Shown here one piece after another: positions 40,372 through 51,220 of a stretch of DNA of 64,000 nucleotides. The stretch's first letter is position 1; every line of letters begins with the position of its first letter. Made by a program: the position numbers and the translations under genes. The DNA is from an uncultured Gemmatimonadaceae bacterium. Lineage in GTDB: Bacteria; Gemmatimonadota; Gemmatimonadetes; Gemmatimonadales; Gemmatimonadaceae. Location: the NCBI GenBank assembly GCA_963751275.1, contig CAVVTZ010000007.1, forward strand, positions 512,001 to 576,000, in the 5' to 3' direction. The notes beneath the pieces are model-generated. The model was not told the DNA's origin. It worked only from the letters and a program-made list of their open reading frames with translations, and made no database searches.

Positions 40372-41868
40372 ATGCCGTCCGTTGACGTCGTCCGCGATCT
40401 CGAGCTCCTCGTCCGTTCCCGTTACGCCCTCATCATCCTCGACACCATTGAGGATGACCGCGCGACCACCGTCGTGGAGTACGTCGCCGCCGGACTCGGG
40501 CTTCCGCTCTTCAATTGGTCGGTGGAGCAGGGCCTCCGCCGTGCGGGCGCCGATGTCGCCTCGTACGACACGGGCACGCCCGCCAAGGCGCTCGCCTTCA
40601 TCGCGGCGTCGCCCATTGGCGCGCTCTATCACCTCGAGGGTTTCGGCGAGTACCTCTCGGACGCCGCCATCGTCTCCCGCCTCAAGACCGCCGCGATGCA
40701 CTTCGGCCAGAGCACCGGCGCGCTCGTGATCTCCGGCGGCGGCATCACGATCCCCGACGCGATCTCGGCGATCGCCACGCGCGTCGCGCTCCCGGCGCTC
40801 GAGCTCGCGGATTACAAACGCCTCCTCGATCAGGTGGTGCGCGACACCAGGGCCCGCATGACGGTGGAGGTCTCGCTCACCCCGGATGAGACCAACCAGC
40901 TGCTCGGCAACCTGCGCGGCGTCACGCTCATGGAAGCGGAGCGGATCCTGACGCGCGCGATCGTCGAAGATGGCAAGCTCGACGCGTCCGACATCGAGCG
41001 CGTCGTCGCGTCCAAGCGCGAGCGCGTCGCGAACGATGGCGTGCTGCAGTACGTCCCCGCCGACACGGGAATGAGCGATGTGGTCGGCCTCGCCGGCCTC
41101 AAGACGTGGCTCGCGAAACGGCGGCTCATCCTCACCGACACCACGCGCGCATTGAACTTCGGCCTCAGCTTCCCGAAAGGCATGCTCCTGCTCGGCGTGC
41201 CGGGCTGCGGCAAGAGCCTCTGCGCGAAGGCCGTCGCGAAGGAGTGGTCGCTGCCGCTGCTCAAGCTCGACGCGGGTTCGTCTGTACGACAAGTTCATCG
41301 GCGAGACAGAGAAGAATTTCCGCAAGGCGATGGACACCGCCGAGCGCGTCGCGCCGGACATTCTCTGGATCGACGAGATCGAGAAGGCCTTCGCCGCGGG
41401 CGGCGGCGACGCCGACGGCGGCCTCTCCACGCGCCTCCTCGGCAGCTTCCTCACCTGGCTGCAGGACCGGCACGGGGATGTCTTCATGGTCGCGACCGCG
41501 AACGACATCGACAAGCTCCCGCCCGGAGCTCCTGCGCAAGGGACGCTTCGACGAGATCTTCTTCGTGGACCTGCCCGACGGCGGCCGCCCGCGCGCAGAT
41601 CTTCTCCGTGCATCTCAAGAAGCGGAACCAGAAGCCCGAGCGCTTCGACCTCGACGCCCTCGCCGCGGCCTCCGATGGATTCAGCGGATCGGAGATCGAG
41701 CAGGTGGTCGTGTCATTGCTCTACAGCGCGTTCGCGGACCATTCCGATCTCACCACCGCGATGATGCTCGCCGAGATCAAGGCGACGAGCCCGCTCAGCC
41801 GCACGATGGCGGCCAAGATCGACGCGCTCCGCGAGTGGGCACAGGACAAGACCGTGAGCGCCGAATGA
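40372..41868 (+). CDS. Ycf46-like AAA+ ATPase (compensating frameshifts at about 41283-41580)
   Basis: DLELLVRSRY, GVPGCGKSL. Walker B ILWIDEIEK and LLRKGRFDEIFFVDLP in neighbouring frames. GFSGSEIEQ, LREWA. Confidence 0.85.
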   Translation: MPSVDVVRDLELLVRSRYALIILDTIEDDRATTVVEYVAAGLGLPLFNWSVEQGLRRAGADVASYDTGTPAKALAFIAASPIGALYHLEGFGEYLSDAAIVSRLKTAAMHFGQSTGALVISGGGITIPDAISAIATRVALPALELADYKRLLDQVVRDTRARMTVEVSLTPDETNQLLGNLRGVTLMEAERILTRAIVEDGKLDASDIERVVASKRERVANDGVLQYVPADTGMSDVVGLAGLKTWLAKRRLILTDTTRALNFGLSFPKGMLLLGVPGCGKSLCAKAVAKEWSLPLLKLDAGSSVRQVHRRDREEFPQGDGHRRARRAGHSLDRRDREGLRRGRRRRRRRPLHAPPRQLPHLAAGPARGCLHGRDRERHRQAPARSSCARDASTRSSSWTCPTAAARAQIFSVHLKKRNQKPERFDLDALAAASDGFSGSEIEQVVVSLLYSAFADHSDLTTAMMLAEIKATSPLSRTMAAKIDALREWAQDKTVSAE

Positions 41869-43724
41869 CTCCCGCGGCGCCTGTGGCCGGATCCTTCGAG
41901 CAGCAGATCGACATCGAGACGCCGGAACAGGTGGTCTTCTCGTACACCGTGGCCGGCGTCGGCTCGCGCGCCGCCGCGGCGATCCTCGACTATCTGCTCA
42001 TGTTCGCCGGCTTCGCGATGCTCGCGATCCTCTGGTCGGTCATCGAGCCGCTGCTGCACATTGGCAATGACGCTGTCTCGAAGATGGTCGGCGCCTGGGC
42101 GACCGCCATCCTGATCCTTCTGCTCTTCGCCGTGCAGGTCGGCTACTTCATCGTGTTCGAGGCGATCTGGGATGGGCAGACGCCGGGCAAGCGCCGGCTC
42201 GGCATCCGCGTGGTGCAGGACGGCGGATTCTCGGTGAGCATGGGCGCGTCGGCGGTGCGGAACGTCGCGCGCATCCTCGACATGCAGCCCGGTCTCGTGT
42301 ACGCCGTGGGGATCGCGAGTGCCGCGCTCTCGAAGTCCGGCAAGCGGCTCGGCGACTATCTCGCGGGCACGATCGTGGTGCAGGAGAAGCTCGTCCACAT
42401 CGCGCCCGTGACCACGAACCTCACGGCGGCCGGCCAGGCGGCGCCGCTCGTGACGGCGGCGCTCACCGACCAGGAATACGAAGTGCTGGAGCGCTACCTC
42501 GCGCGGCGCGGCGCGCTGGCGCCCGAGCGGCGGCGGGCGATCGCCGAGCAGCTCATGACGCGCTTCAAGGCGCACCTCGATCCCGCCGACGGCTCGCCCT
42601 TCGCCCAGCTGAATCACCTCTTCGAGAACGAGCGCGCGGCGCGGGCGCGCGGCGTGGCGGCGCGCGGGGCCACGGGCGCCGCGCGCGAGCGCCACGCGAT
42701 CGTCGCGCGCAACGCCGAGCGGTGGAGCGCCTTCGCGTCCAAGCTCGCCGAGGCGCAGCGCGCGGGACTGCGCTCCATGAGCGAGAACGACGTGAGTGCC
42801 TTCGTCGCGTCGTACCGCGAGGTCGCCACTGATCTGGCGCGCCTGCGCACGGCGTCGGCGGGGCAGGACACCGACGCGCTCTTCTACGTGAGCCGGCTCG
42901 TGGGCGCCGGCCACAATCTCATCTATCGGCAGCGGCGCCTCTCCACGCAGAATGCCGCGCGCTATCTCTTCGTGACCGTGCCGCGCGAGGTGCGCCGGTC
43001 ATGGCGCCCCATCTTCCTCGCGGCCTTCCTGTTCTTCGCGCCGATGGCTGCCACCGCGTTCATCGTCATCGATCATCCGGCGGTCGCGGAGGACCTGCTG
43101 CCGCCGGGGATGCTCGACCGCGCGGCCGAGGGCGAGGCGCGCGAACGCGCGGGGCATCACGAATACGTGAAGGTGAAGGACTTCGAGCGGCCGATCATGG
43201 CGAGCGCGATCATCGCGAACAACGTCCAGGTGACGCTCATGGTGTGGGCGGCCGGGATCTCCGCCGGCATCCTCACGATCTTCATGCTGCTGACGAACGG
43301 CGTCAGCATCGGCGCGGTGATCGGCCTGTACGCCAATCACGGGATCCTGCGGCAGCTCGCGCTCTTCGTGATCCCGCACAGCGTGCTGGAGCTCTCGGCG
43401 ATCTGCATCGCGGCCGGCGGCGGCTTCCTCATCGCATCGGCGATCGTTCTGCCCGGCCCCTACACGCGGCGCGAGGCCTTCGTGATCAAAGGGCGGCGCG
43501 CGATCCGCCTGCTCGCCGCGACGACGATGATGCTCATGGTCGCCGGCACGCTCGAAGGGCTGCTCTCGCCGCGCGTGGATGTCCCCGACTGGACGAAGTT
43601 CGCGGCCGCCAGCGCGAGCGCCATCCTGATGCTCTACTATTTCAGCCGCGGCACGGGCGACGAGCAGGAAGCGCCGCGCGAGGAGAACGCCTACAGCGAG
43701 GCGCGCGCCTTGATCTCGAGGTAG
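41865..43724 (+). CDS. RDD-domain + SpoIIM (DUF95) fusion membrane protein
   Basis: IETPEQV, GQTPGKR, KRLGDYLAGTIVV (RDD). YREVATDLA, IIANN, IPHSVLEL, AGTLEG (SpoIIM). All in one frame. Confidence 0.85.
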   Translation: MTPAAPVAGSFEQQIDIETPEQVVFSYTVAGVGSRAAAAILDYLLMFAGFAMLAILWSVIEPLLHIGNDAVSKMVGAWATAILILLLFAVQVGYFIVFEAIWDGQTPGKRRLGIRVVQDGGFSVSMGASAVRNVARILDMQPGLVYAVGIASAALSKSGKRLGDYLAGTIVVQEKLVHIAPVTTNLTAAGQAAPLVTAALTDQEYEVLERYLARRGALAPERRRAIAEQLMTRFKAHLDPADGSPFAQLNHLFENERAARARGVAARGATGAARERHAIVARNAERWSAFASKLAEAQRAGLRSMSENDVSAFVASYREVATDLARLRTASAGQDTDALFYVSRLVGAGHNLIYRQRRLSTQNAARYLFVTVPREVRRSWRPIFLAAFLFFAPMAATAFIVIDHPAVAEDLLPPGMLDRAAEGEARERAGHHEYVKVKDFERPIMASAIIANNVQVTLMVWAAGISAGILTIFMLLTNGVSIGAVIGLYANHGILRQLALFVIPHSVLELSAICIAAGGGFLIASAIVLPGPYTRREAFVIKGRRAIRLLAATTMMLMVAGTLEGLLSPRVDVPDWTKFAAASASAILMLYYFSRGTGDEQEAPREENAYSEARALISR

Positions 43725-45055
43725 CGGTTGATCACCGCCGCGGCCATCAGCCGCGGCGACACGTCGATCACCGTGACGCCGGCGTGCCGCATCCGCGCGA
43801 GCGCCTCCTCGCGTGCCATTACCAGCTCCTCCGCGGCCGCGCTCTCGTAGAGCTCGTCGCTCGTGCTCTCGCGGCTCGGCACCGCCGCCGCCATCAGCGC
43901 GTCGTTCCGGAGCGCCACCACCACCAGCACGTGCCGCATCGCGCTGCGCGCCGTGAGCGCGATGAGCGACTGCGACGCGCGCGGGTCGATCACGTCGGTG
44001 TACAGCACGATCAGCGAACGCTTCCGGTGGCGCGCCGAGAGCATGCGGAACGCCGCGGCGTAGTCGGGCTCGGTCATCGTCGCGCGCACGGGAACGAAGG
44101 CATCGCGCAGGCGCTGCAGCGCCGGGTGCCCGCGCGCCGCGGGCACGAAGGCGCGCACCTCGTCGTCGAACACGATGCCGCCGACCTGGTCGCCGCTCTG
44201 CGTCGCGACGTCGGCCAGCAGCGTCGCCGACGACAGCGCGTGCTCGAACCGCGAGAGCGGCCCCGCGAGCTGCGTCATCATCCGTCCCGCGTCCACGGCC
44301 ACCAGCACGGTCTGTCCTTGCTCCACCGTGTACTCGCGCGTGATCAGCTTCTCGCGCCGCGCGGTGGCCTTCCAGTCGATGCGGCGCGGATCGTCGCCCA
44401 CCACGTATTCGCGCAGGCTCGCGAAGTTGGTGCCGTCGCCGCGCCGGCGGATCGCGCGCACGCCGGCGTCCTGCAGCCGGTGCTGCAGCGCCAGCAGCCG
44501 GTAGCGCCGCACACCGGTCATCGACGGCGTCACGCGCGCCGTGTCCGCGGGCGCGTAGCGGATCGTGCGCCGCACGAGGCCCAGCGCGCCCTCCACCCGC
44601 GCGACCACCGGACCCAACTCCCAACTCCCGCGCTCCCGCCCCGCCAGCGTGAACGGGATCACCCGCACGCCGTGCGCCGCCACGGCGTCCTTGCCCGCGC
44701 CCTTGCCCAGCCGCTGGATCCCGCGCGGCAACTGGTCGTAGAGCGCGAACTTCAATCTGCGTCCCGCGCGCGATTGGAGTTCGTACTCCCCCTCCGCCTC
44801 ATCGCCGATCCCGATGCTCTCCGGCACGTGGCGCTCCACGCTGAGCTGCCACTTGGCGGGCAGCGTCACCAGATCGATCGCGATCGCCGCCGCGAACAGC
44901 GCGAGCACGAGGCCGATCCACGTCTCCCCCGCGGGATCGAGCCCCAGCAGCCAGACGGGCGAGAGCAGCGCCGCGACGAGCGCGAGCCGCGGCGTCGGCA
45001 GGAACGCCGACACCCAGTCGAACGCGCCGCGGATCCGCTCGCGCACGGTGCTCAC
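43691..45055 (-). CDS. DUF58 protein (MoxR partner)
   Basis: [39 protein letters not shown]. Confidence 0.9.
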   Translation of the reverse strand: MSTVRERIRGAFDWVSAFLPTPRLALVAALLSPVWLLGLDPAGETWIGLVLALFAAAIAIDLVTLPAKWQLSVERHVPESIGIGDEAEGEYELQSRAGRRLKFALYDQLPRGIQRLGKGAGKDAVAAHGVRVIPFTLAGRERGSWELGPVVARVEGALGLVRRTIRYAPADTARVTPSMTGVRRYRLLALQHRLQDAGVRAIRRRGDGTNFASLREYVVGDDPRRIDWKATARREKLITREYTVEQGQTVLVAVDAGRMMTQLAGPLSRFEHALSSATLLADVATQSGDQVGGIVFDDEVRAFVPAARGHPALQRLRDAFVPVRATMTEPDYAAAFRMLSARHRKRSLIVLYTDVIDPRASQSLIALTARSAMRHVLVVVALRNDALMAAAVPSRESTSDELYESAAAEELVMAREEALARMRHAGVTVIDVSPRLMAAAVINRYLEIKARASL

Positions 45056-46011
45056 TTCGGCGCCACCACCCGCAGCAGCAGCGCCTGCAGCACCTCGTCG
45101 CTCGACCGCCCTTCCACCTCCACCTCCGGCGCGACCGTGATCCGGTGCCGGAGCACCGGGAAGGCGAAGCCCTTCACGTCGTCCGGCGTCACGAACTCGC
45201 GCCCCGCGAGCAGCGCCGCACCGCGTGCCACCCGGAACAGCGACACGCTCGCGCGCGGGCTGCCCCCCAGCGTCAGCGCCGGATCCTCGCGTGTCGCGCG
45301 CACGATGTTCGCGATGTACTCGCGCACTTCGGGCGCCACCTTCACGGCGTCCACCGCGCTGCGCAGCTCGCGGCACGTCTGCTCGTTCAGCACCGGCGGC
45401 GGGATCACATCGGCCGCGCGCTCCGCGTCGAATCCGCCCTCGTAATTCGCGAGCATCTGCAGCTCCGCCTCGCGCGCGGGATACGGAACGCGGATCTTGA
45501 GCAGGAAGCGGTCGAGCTGCGCTTCGGGCAGCGGGTACGTGCCCTCGTACTCCACGGGATTCTGCGTCGCGAACACGGTGAAGAGGTCGCCGAGCGGCCG
45601 CGCGACGCCGTCGACGGTCACTTGCCGCTCCTGCATCGCCTCGAGCAGCGCCGACTGCGTCTTCGCCGGCGCGCGGTTGATCTCGTCCGCGAGCAGCAGG
45701 TCGGTGAAGATCGGGCCGCCGCGGAACTCGGAGCTGCGCCCGCCGTCGCGCAGCAGATTGATGCCCGTGATGTCGGACGGCATCAGGTCCGGCGTGAACT
45801 GGATGCGCCCGAACTTGGTGTTCAGCGCGCCCGCCAGCGCGCGCACGAGCAGCGTCTTCGCCGTGCCCGGCACGCCTTCGAGCAGCACGTGCCCGCGCGC
45901 GAGGAAGGCGACGAGCGCCTGGTCGATCACCTCGTCCTGTCCCACCACGCGCTGCGACACCGCCGCGCGCACTCTCGCCATGGCCTCGGCCACCTGCTGT
46001 GTTGTCATCAC
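45052..46011 (-). CDS. MoxR-family AAA+ ATPase
   Basis: [62 protein letters not shown]. Confidence 0.95.
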   Translation of the reverse strand: MMTTQQVAEAMARVRAAVSQRVVGQDEVIDQALVAFLARGHVLLEGVPGTAKTLLVRALAGALNTKFGRIQFTPDLMPSDITGINLLRDGGRSSEFRGGPIFTDLLLADEINRAPAKTQSALLEAMQERQVTVDGVARPLGDLFTVFATQNPVEYEGTYPLPEAQLDRFLLKIRVPYPAREAELQMLANYEGGFDAERAADVIPPPVLNEQTCRELRSAVDAVKVAPEVREYIANIVRATREDPALTLGGSPRASVSLFRVARGAALLAGREFVTPDDVKGFAFPVLRHRITVAPEVEVEGRSSDEVLQALLLRVVAPK

Positions 46012-47267
46012 GACGTCAGCGTCCTCTCGATGTTGTCGATCGCGGCGCCGGCGCGCACGAACTCGCCGGCGGGGAGTGGTTCTCGGATCGCGCGCGCCAG
46101 GAGCGCCGCGTCCTCCTTCACAGCGGGGGCGCGCTCACGGATGAGCGCGAGATAACCATCGTCGGTGAGCGCACCGGTGGCGCCGAGCGGATGCCGGCGC
46201 CGGAGACCGCGCACCAGCCGGCGCGCGGCCAGCCGCGTGGCGCCGATGCGTTCGTACGCGCGCGAGAGCGCGCCCACGTGCTCCAGCGGCGAGCGGCGCT
46301 CCACGATCGTGCGCGACACCGGCGCGATCGGCCGCACCGAGAGCGCGAGCAGCAGGATGAGCGCCGCCGTCGCGGCCTGCAGCACACCGCGGCCGTATGG
46401 ACTGTCGTTCAGCGCGTCGCCGATCGTGCCGATCATGTCGCTGTGCCGGCCGTGACCGTGGTGGTATTCGTCGAAGATCACCGGCGTCACGCGGCCGCGG
46501 TCGGCCCATTCGATGAGCCGCACCATCAGCACGGCGGCATCGCCCCGCCGCAGCACCACGTTCCGGAGGAAATCCGGATCGGCGATGATCACCATGCGCC
46601 CCTCGCCCAGCGTACGCCCGAGGATCACCGGCTTGTCCACGCTGTCGGTGTGGACGGCGAGCAGCGTCACGGTGTCGGATGGGATCGTGCTGCGAACGCT
46701 GTCCGAGTCTTCGCGCATGGGCGGCACGAGGAACTGGTGGAAGGCGATCGCCGAGTCATCCGACGATCCGCTGAAGACGTTCGCCAGGCGCCGCCGTCCC
46801 GACCCCGAATGCTGGCGCCGCCGTTCGGCGCTCCCGAAGAGCGTATCGGTCACGGGCTCGAGCGGGTGCAGCTCGTAGTCGCCGCGCTCCACGCCGAGCG
46901 ATTCCGCGATGAACCCGCCCTCCGGCGCGGAGATGACGAGCCCGGCGCCGCGCCGCACCGCGTCGAGCAGCGCGCTGGTCTCGCGCGCGGAGAGCGGGAT
47001 CGGCGGATCGAGCACGGCGTACACGCCGGCGGTGTCGAGCGGCTGCCGCATGGGACTCAGCCGCCGCTTCGCGGTCCGGCCCATCAGGTTCAGCGCGTCG
47101 TAGATGCCGCGCGCGCCCCACACTTCGCGGTCGTAACTCGAGAGCACGCTCTTCTCGTCGTTCGATGGCACGTCGGGCGACGTGACCACCGCGAGCACGA
47201 GCAGCACGCCGAGCGCGGCGAACACCCAGGCCGGACGCAGCCGGCGTTCCGTCGCGGGCTCAGCCAT
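46008..47267 (-). CDS. DUF4350-like membrane-anchored protein
   Basis: N-terminal [21 protein letters not shown], second [13 protein letters not shown]. Position in the MoxR operon. Confidence 0.75.
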   Translation of the reverse strand: MAEPATERRLRPAWVFAALGVLLVLAVVTSPDVPSNDEKSVLSSYDREVWGARGIYDALNLMGRTAKRRLSPMRQPLDTAGVYAVLDPPIPLSARETSALLDAVRRGAGLVISAPEGGFIAESLGVERGDYELHPLEPVTDTLFGSAERRRQHSGSGRRRLANVFSGSSDDSAIAFHQFLVPPMREDSDSVRSTIPSDTVTLLAVHTDSVDKPVILGRTLGEGRMVIIADPDFLRNVVLRRGDAAVLMVRLIEWADRGRVTPVIFDEYHHGHGRHSDMIGTIGDALNDSPYGRGVLQAATAALILLLALSVRPIAPVSRTIVERRSPLEHVGALSRAYERIGATRLAARRLVRGLRRRHPLGATGALTDDGYLALIRERAPAVKEDAALLARAIREPLPAGEFVRAGAAIDNIERTLTS

Positions 47268-47884
47268 TGGTGCGGAGCATGGGCACGGCGAGCGTGAAGA
47301 GCCGGTCGTACCGGTCGCGGTCGCACATTCTGATCGCCGTAGATCACGACTTCGTAGTGGTCGGCGAAATCGCGGAAGTCGCGGAAGAGTTGCGAGCGCC
47401 GCGCGCGCATCTCGCGCGCGTAGTCGCCGGCGGTCTTGGAGGGATGCAGCCGCACCTGCTGCCCGCGCGCGGCCGACTCGAGCAGCGCGGCATAGAGCGC
47501 GTGCGCCGCGGCCGTGTAGTCGCCCGTCGCGGCGAGCGACTGCGCGAGCGTCCATGGATCCTCGCCGCGCCGGAGGCCGCGAAGCCCCCAGCCGCCGGCG
47601 GGCAGGCCGACGCGCGTCCGCGCCTGCCAGAGCCAGATCACCCGCCCGAGGATCACCAGCAGCGCCGCGATGCCGAGCACGACGATGAGCTTGCCGACCG
47701 GTCCACCCATGCCGGCGTGGTTGAAGGCGTCAGCGAGCATGCGAAGGAAATGCGTGAGCTGCTCGTTGACCCAGATCCAGAACCGGTCCCACGGCGTCAG
47801 CCGCCCGAACGAGGTGGAGCGGAACGCCTGGTCCACGGCGCGCCGGATCTGCTCTTCGGGAATGGGTGTGGCGGACTGGAGCAT
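47260..47884 (-). CDS. DUF4129-like protein (frameshift near 47330)
   Basis: TM followed by GDYTAAAHALY...SKTAGDY...YEVVIYG. Confidence 0.7.
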
Positions 47885-47933
47885 GCGGGCCGGTGACGGG
47901 TGCCGCTTAAGATAGGGAGAGGTGCGGGTGCCG

Positions 47934-48620
47934 CTAGGAGCGGAGCTTCTTCCTCGCGCCGGTGGCGCAGGCGGCGCGCACGGGGCAACGGCCGCAGTGC
48001 GCGACGCGCGCCGTGCACACGAGCGCGCCCAGTTCCATGATCGCCTGGTTGTGATCGTACGACGCCTTGCCGGTGCGCGGCAGGAGTTCCTCGGCGAGGC
48101 GCCAGAGTTTCTTCCGTCCGGCCGCGCTGCGCGGGTCGAGGCGCGGCGCGAACGCGCGGCGGATCACGCGCGCGACGTTGGTGTCCACGAGCGCCGCGCG
48201 CCGCTCGTGCGCGAAGCTCGCGACCGCGCCCGCCGTGTACGCGCCGATCCCCGGGAGGGCGCGCAGCGCCTCGGGATGCTCCGGCAGCGCGCCACCGTCG
48301 CGTGTCACCTGGCGCGCGAGCGCGTGGAGATTGCGCGCCCGCGCATAGTAGCCGAGCCCCGCCCACGCCTCCATGACCCGCGCGCGCGGCGCGCTCGCGA
48401 TCGCCGCGAGCGTCGGGAATCGCAGCAGGAAGCGCGGATAGTACTCGGTGACTCGCGCTACCTGGGTCTGCTGGAGCATCAGTTCCGAGACGAGGATGGA
48501 GTACGGATCCCGCGTGTGGCGCCAAGGGAGGTCGCGTTTATTCGTGCGGTACCAGCGTCTCAGCCGGCGGCTGAAGTCGAGCCGCCGGGGACCGGGAATG
48601 AGCGCGCGCGCTTCGAGCAT
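47934..48620 (-). CDS. mutY: A/G-specific adenine glycosylase, catalytic domain only
   Basis: RDLPWR, VSELMLQQTQV, WAGLGYYARARNLH, LPGIGAYTAGA, VDTNV, C-X6-C-X2-C-X5-C. Confidence 0.85.
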   Translation of the reverse strand: MLEARALIPGPRRLDFSRRLRRWYRTNKRDLPWRHTRDPYSILVSELMLQQTQVARVTEYYPRFLLRFPTLAAIASAPRARVMEAWAGLGYYARARNLHALARQVTRDGGALPEHPEALRALPGIGAYTAGAVASFAHERRAALVDTNVARVIRRAFAPRLDPRSAAGRKKLWRLAEELLPRTGKASYDHNQAIMELGALVCTARVAHCGRCPVRAACATGARKKLRS

Positions 48621-48626
48621 GGACGG

Positions 48627-48632
48627 AACGTA
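48627..48632 (-). promoter_or_regulatory. -10-like hexamer TACGTT 6 nt before the mutY ATG
   Basis: TACGTT-ccgtcc-ATG with no SD. Confidence 0.5.
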
Positions 48633-48811
48633 CGCAGGAACGGTGAGACTGGAACCACCGGGGGCGTGTATGACCGCTGTCGGCGCCCGGCGTCGGCCGG
48701 TGCCCGCGTTATGAGAGGGGCGCGCCGCGCGTCTGGGGACGGGGACGATGCGCGCGCAACTTCCCCGGCGACCTCCGAGCTCGCGCGCTACGATCCCGGG
48801 AGCACTACCGC

Positions 48812-50380
48812 ATGACGCCGTCCTCCACCCGCCGTGCCGCGCCCTGGCTCGCGCTCGCCATGCTCGCCGCGGTGGCGCTGTGCTGCTACGCGCCCTATCG
48901 CGCGCGCCCGTTCGACATCATCGACTTCTCCGACATCCTCCCGCGGCTCGTCGCGGGTCACGGCGCCGCCGACCGGTTCGCGCGGCTCGCGCAGTACTAC
49001 GGCGATCAACAGGGGCGGTTCAATGTCCTGAGCTATGCCGGCATGGTGTTGAAGTGGCAGCTGTTCGGCGCGAACACCTTCGCGTGGCAAATGGTGCGCG
49101 CCGTCGAGATGCTGCTCGCCATGGCGGGCACCTACCTGCTCTGCCGGCGTCTCGCGGCCGGTGCATGGGGCGCCACGCTCGGCGCCGCGCTCGTGCTCTT
49201 CGCATTCCCGGCGACCCACGGCTGGGTGCGGCTCACGGTGCCCGAACCGCTCGGACTGATCTGCGTGCTCGGCGCCGCGCTGCTCGCCACTCGCGTGCGC
49301 GGTGCGCGCCGGTGGCGCGCGATGGCGGTGGGGAGCGCAGTGCTGGTGGCGCTCGCGATCCTCGCCAAGGAGATGTTCGTGGCGTGGGTGCCGGTGGTTG
49401 CCTACCTGGGCTGCTTCACGGATCCGGGAGGGCGCCTCGAGCGCGTCCAATGGCCCGACGCGCGCGGACGCTGGCTGACGGTCGCGCTGGCGGCGTGCAC
49501 CGCAGTGGCGTCGGTGCCCGTGCTCCTCACCATGCGCAACATGCGCGCGCAAGGCTACGCGGCGGGCTTCGGGAGCGGTGCGCTGTCGCTCGACCGCGCT
49601 GCCGATATTCTGCAGCGAATGATCCTGCCGTGGCCCGCGGGGATCGGAAATGAAGGGTTGTCGATGATGATCCCGGCATTGCTCTTCCTGATCACGATCG
49701 CGATCGGTTACCTCGCCGCGGGCGACGACGCCGATTGGGCGCCGCACGCACGCCGCGTGATGCTGCTGGGGCTCGCGCTGCCGCTCATCGGCACGCTGCT
49801 CTACCTGCCGTGGCCGGTATTCTGGCCCGCTTACGGGATCGCTTTCGCCGCGGGACCGGCGCTGATGCTGGCCATCGCGATCACCAGCGTCGAGCGCTTC
49901 TCGGCACGGGCAGGATGGGCGGCGCGCATCGCGGCCGCAGTCTGTGTGGCGTTGGCGGCTGCGTCGTCCGTGCATCTCGCCGCGCGGATGGCCGCGCGCC
50001 AGGCGGTCGATGCGGGGATGGCGATGGCGCTCCTCTCGCATACGGCCGCGGACTCGGTCGTCGTCGCGCTGGTGGTGCCGCCGCGGACGCTGCCGGGCGC
50101 GATCGGCCCGGCGATGCGGGACTATGCCTTGAACGCCCAGCCAAGCGCGGTGCTGCCGCCCGCGATCGATGCGCAATGCGCCGACGCGCTCGCGCGCGGC
50201 CGGCGGCCGGGCGGACTCGGCCGCACCGTGATCATCTCGTACAGCGACCAGTGCGGGCCGGTCACGAGCGCGACGCTCACCTTGCGGCAGACTTTCCGCT
50301 ACTTCGACCTGAGCGACCTGCGCCTCGCTCCGGACTCGATCCGCGCGGACCTGTTCGATCCCAGCATGCGTGCGCCGTGA
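48812..50380 (+). CDS. Polytopic membrane protein, probable GT-C-fold glycosyltransferase
   Basis: About 11 TMs, acidic first loop (FDIIDFSD), GRF, LAKE. Co-transcribed with a GtrB-like gene. Confidence 0.5.
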   Translation: MTPSSTRRAAPWLALAMLAAVALCCYAPYRARPFDIIDFSDILPRLVAGHGAADRFARLAQYYGDQQGRFNVLSYAGMVLKWQLFGANTFAWQMVRAVEMLLAMAGTYLLCRRLAAGAWGATLGAALVLFAFPATHGWVRLTVPEPLGLICVLGAALLATRVRGARRWRAMAVGSAVLVALAILAKEMFVAWVPVVAYLGCFTDPGGRLERVQWPDARGRWLTVALAACTAVASVPVLLTMRNMRAQGYAAGFGSGALSLDRAADILQRMILPWPAGIGNEGLSMMIPALLFLITIAIGYLAAGDDADWAPHARRVMLLGLALPLIGTLLYLPWPVFWPAYGIAFAAGPALMLAIAITSVERFSARAGWAARIAAAVCVALAAASSVHLAARMAARQAVDAGMAMALLSHTAADSVVVALVVPPRTLPGAIGPAMRDYALNAQPSAVLPPAIDAQCADALARGRRPGGLGRTVIISYSDQCGPVTSATLTLRQTFRYFDLSDLRLAPDSIRADLFDPSMRAP

Positions 50381-51216
50381 TCGCGGTGTGCCCCCTCTGC
50401 GGCCGCTCCGGAGCGCCGGAAATGCTCTATCCGCGGCTCGCGATCGTGCGCTGCCCCGAGTGCGGCCTGGTGCGGTTCGACGGCACCGTGGTTCCCGAGA
50501 CGCTCTACACCGGAGAGTACTTCCGGGGCGGGGAATACGCGGACTACGTGGCGGACAAGCCGATGCTCACGCGCAATTTCAGCGCGCGGATCGCCGAGCT
50601 CCGCGCGCTGGTGCCGCGCGGGGATCTGTTGGAGATCGGCTCGGCATATGGCTTCTTCTTGGAGTTGGCGCGGGAGCACTGGACCGTGAGCGGGGTGGAG
50701 ATCGCGCCGGAGGGAGCGGCGCACGCGCGCGGTCTTGGGCTCGACGTGACGCGCGGCGATCTCCTGGAATTGGCGGACCGGCCGGGCGCGTACGACGTGA
50801 TCTGCATGTGGGACACGATCGAGCATTTCGCGCGCCCGGTCGAAACCGTGGAGCGGATCGCGCGCTGGTTGCGTCCCGGCGGGATCGTCGCCATCACCAC
50901 GGGGAACATCACGAGCGGCGTCGCGCGTCTGCGCGGCGCCCGCTGGCGGCTGATCCACCCGCCGACGCACGTGACGTACTTCTCGCGCGCCACGCTCACG
51001 CGGACCGTGGAGCGTGCGGGGCTGCGCGTGCGAAAGCTGAGATCCGTAGGGCACTGGCGGAGCTGGCGTTCCATGATGCACGCCCTGCTCCTCGCCGGCG
51101 CGCGGCCGCACCCGGCACTCTATGACATTGCGACGATCGGTGGTAGTTTGGACCTCCCCATTTATCTCGACCTCGGCGACCTCATGTTGATGATCGCCCA
51201 GAAGCCCGAGGGCTGA
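50377..51216 (+). CDS. Class I SAM-dependent methyltransferase with N-terminal zinc ribbon
   Basis: CPLC...CPECG, LLEIGSAYGFFL, WDTIEHF, PTHVTYFS. Confidence 0.85.
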   Translation: MIAVCPLCGRSGAPEMLYPRLAIVRCPECGLVRFDGTVVPETLYTGEYFRGGEYADYVADKPMLTRNFSARIAELRALVPRGDLLEIGSAYGFFLELAREHWTVSGVEIAPEGAAHARGLGLDVTRGDLLELADRPGAYDVICMWDTIEHFARPVETVERIARWLRPGGIVAITTGNITSGVARLRGARWRLIHPPTHVTYFSRATLTRTVERAGLRVRKLRSVGHWRSWRSMMHALLLAGARPHPALYDIATIGGSLDLPIYLDLGDLMLMIAQKPEG

Positions 51217-51220
51217 CGGC

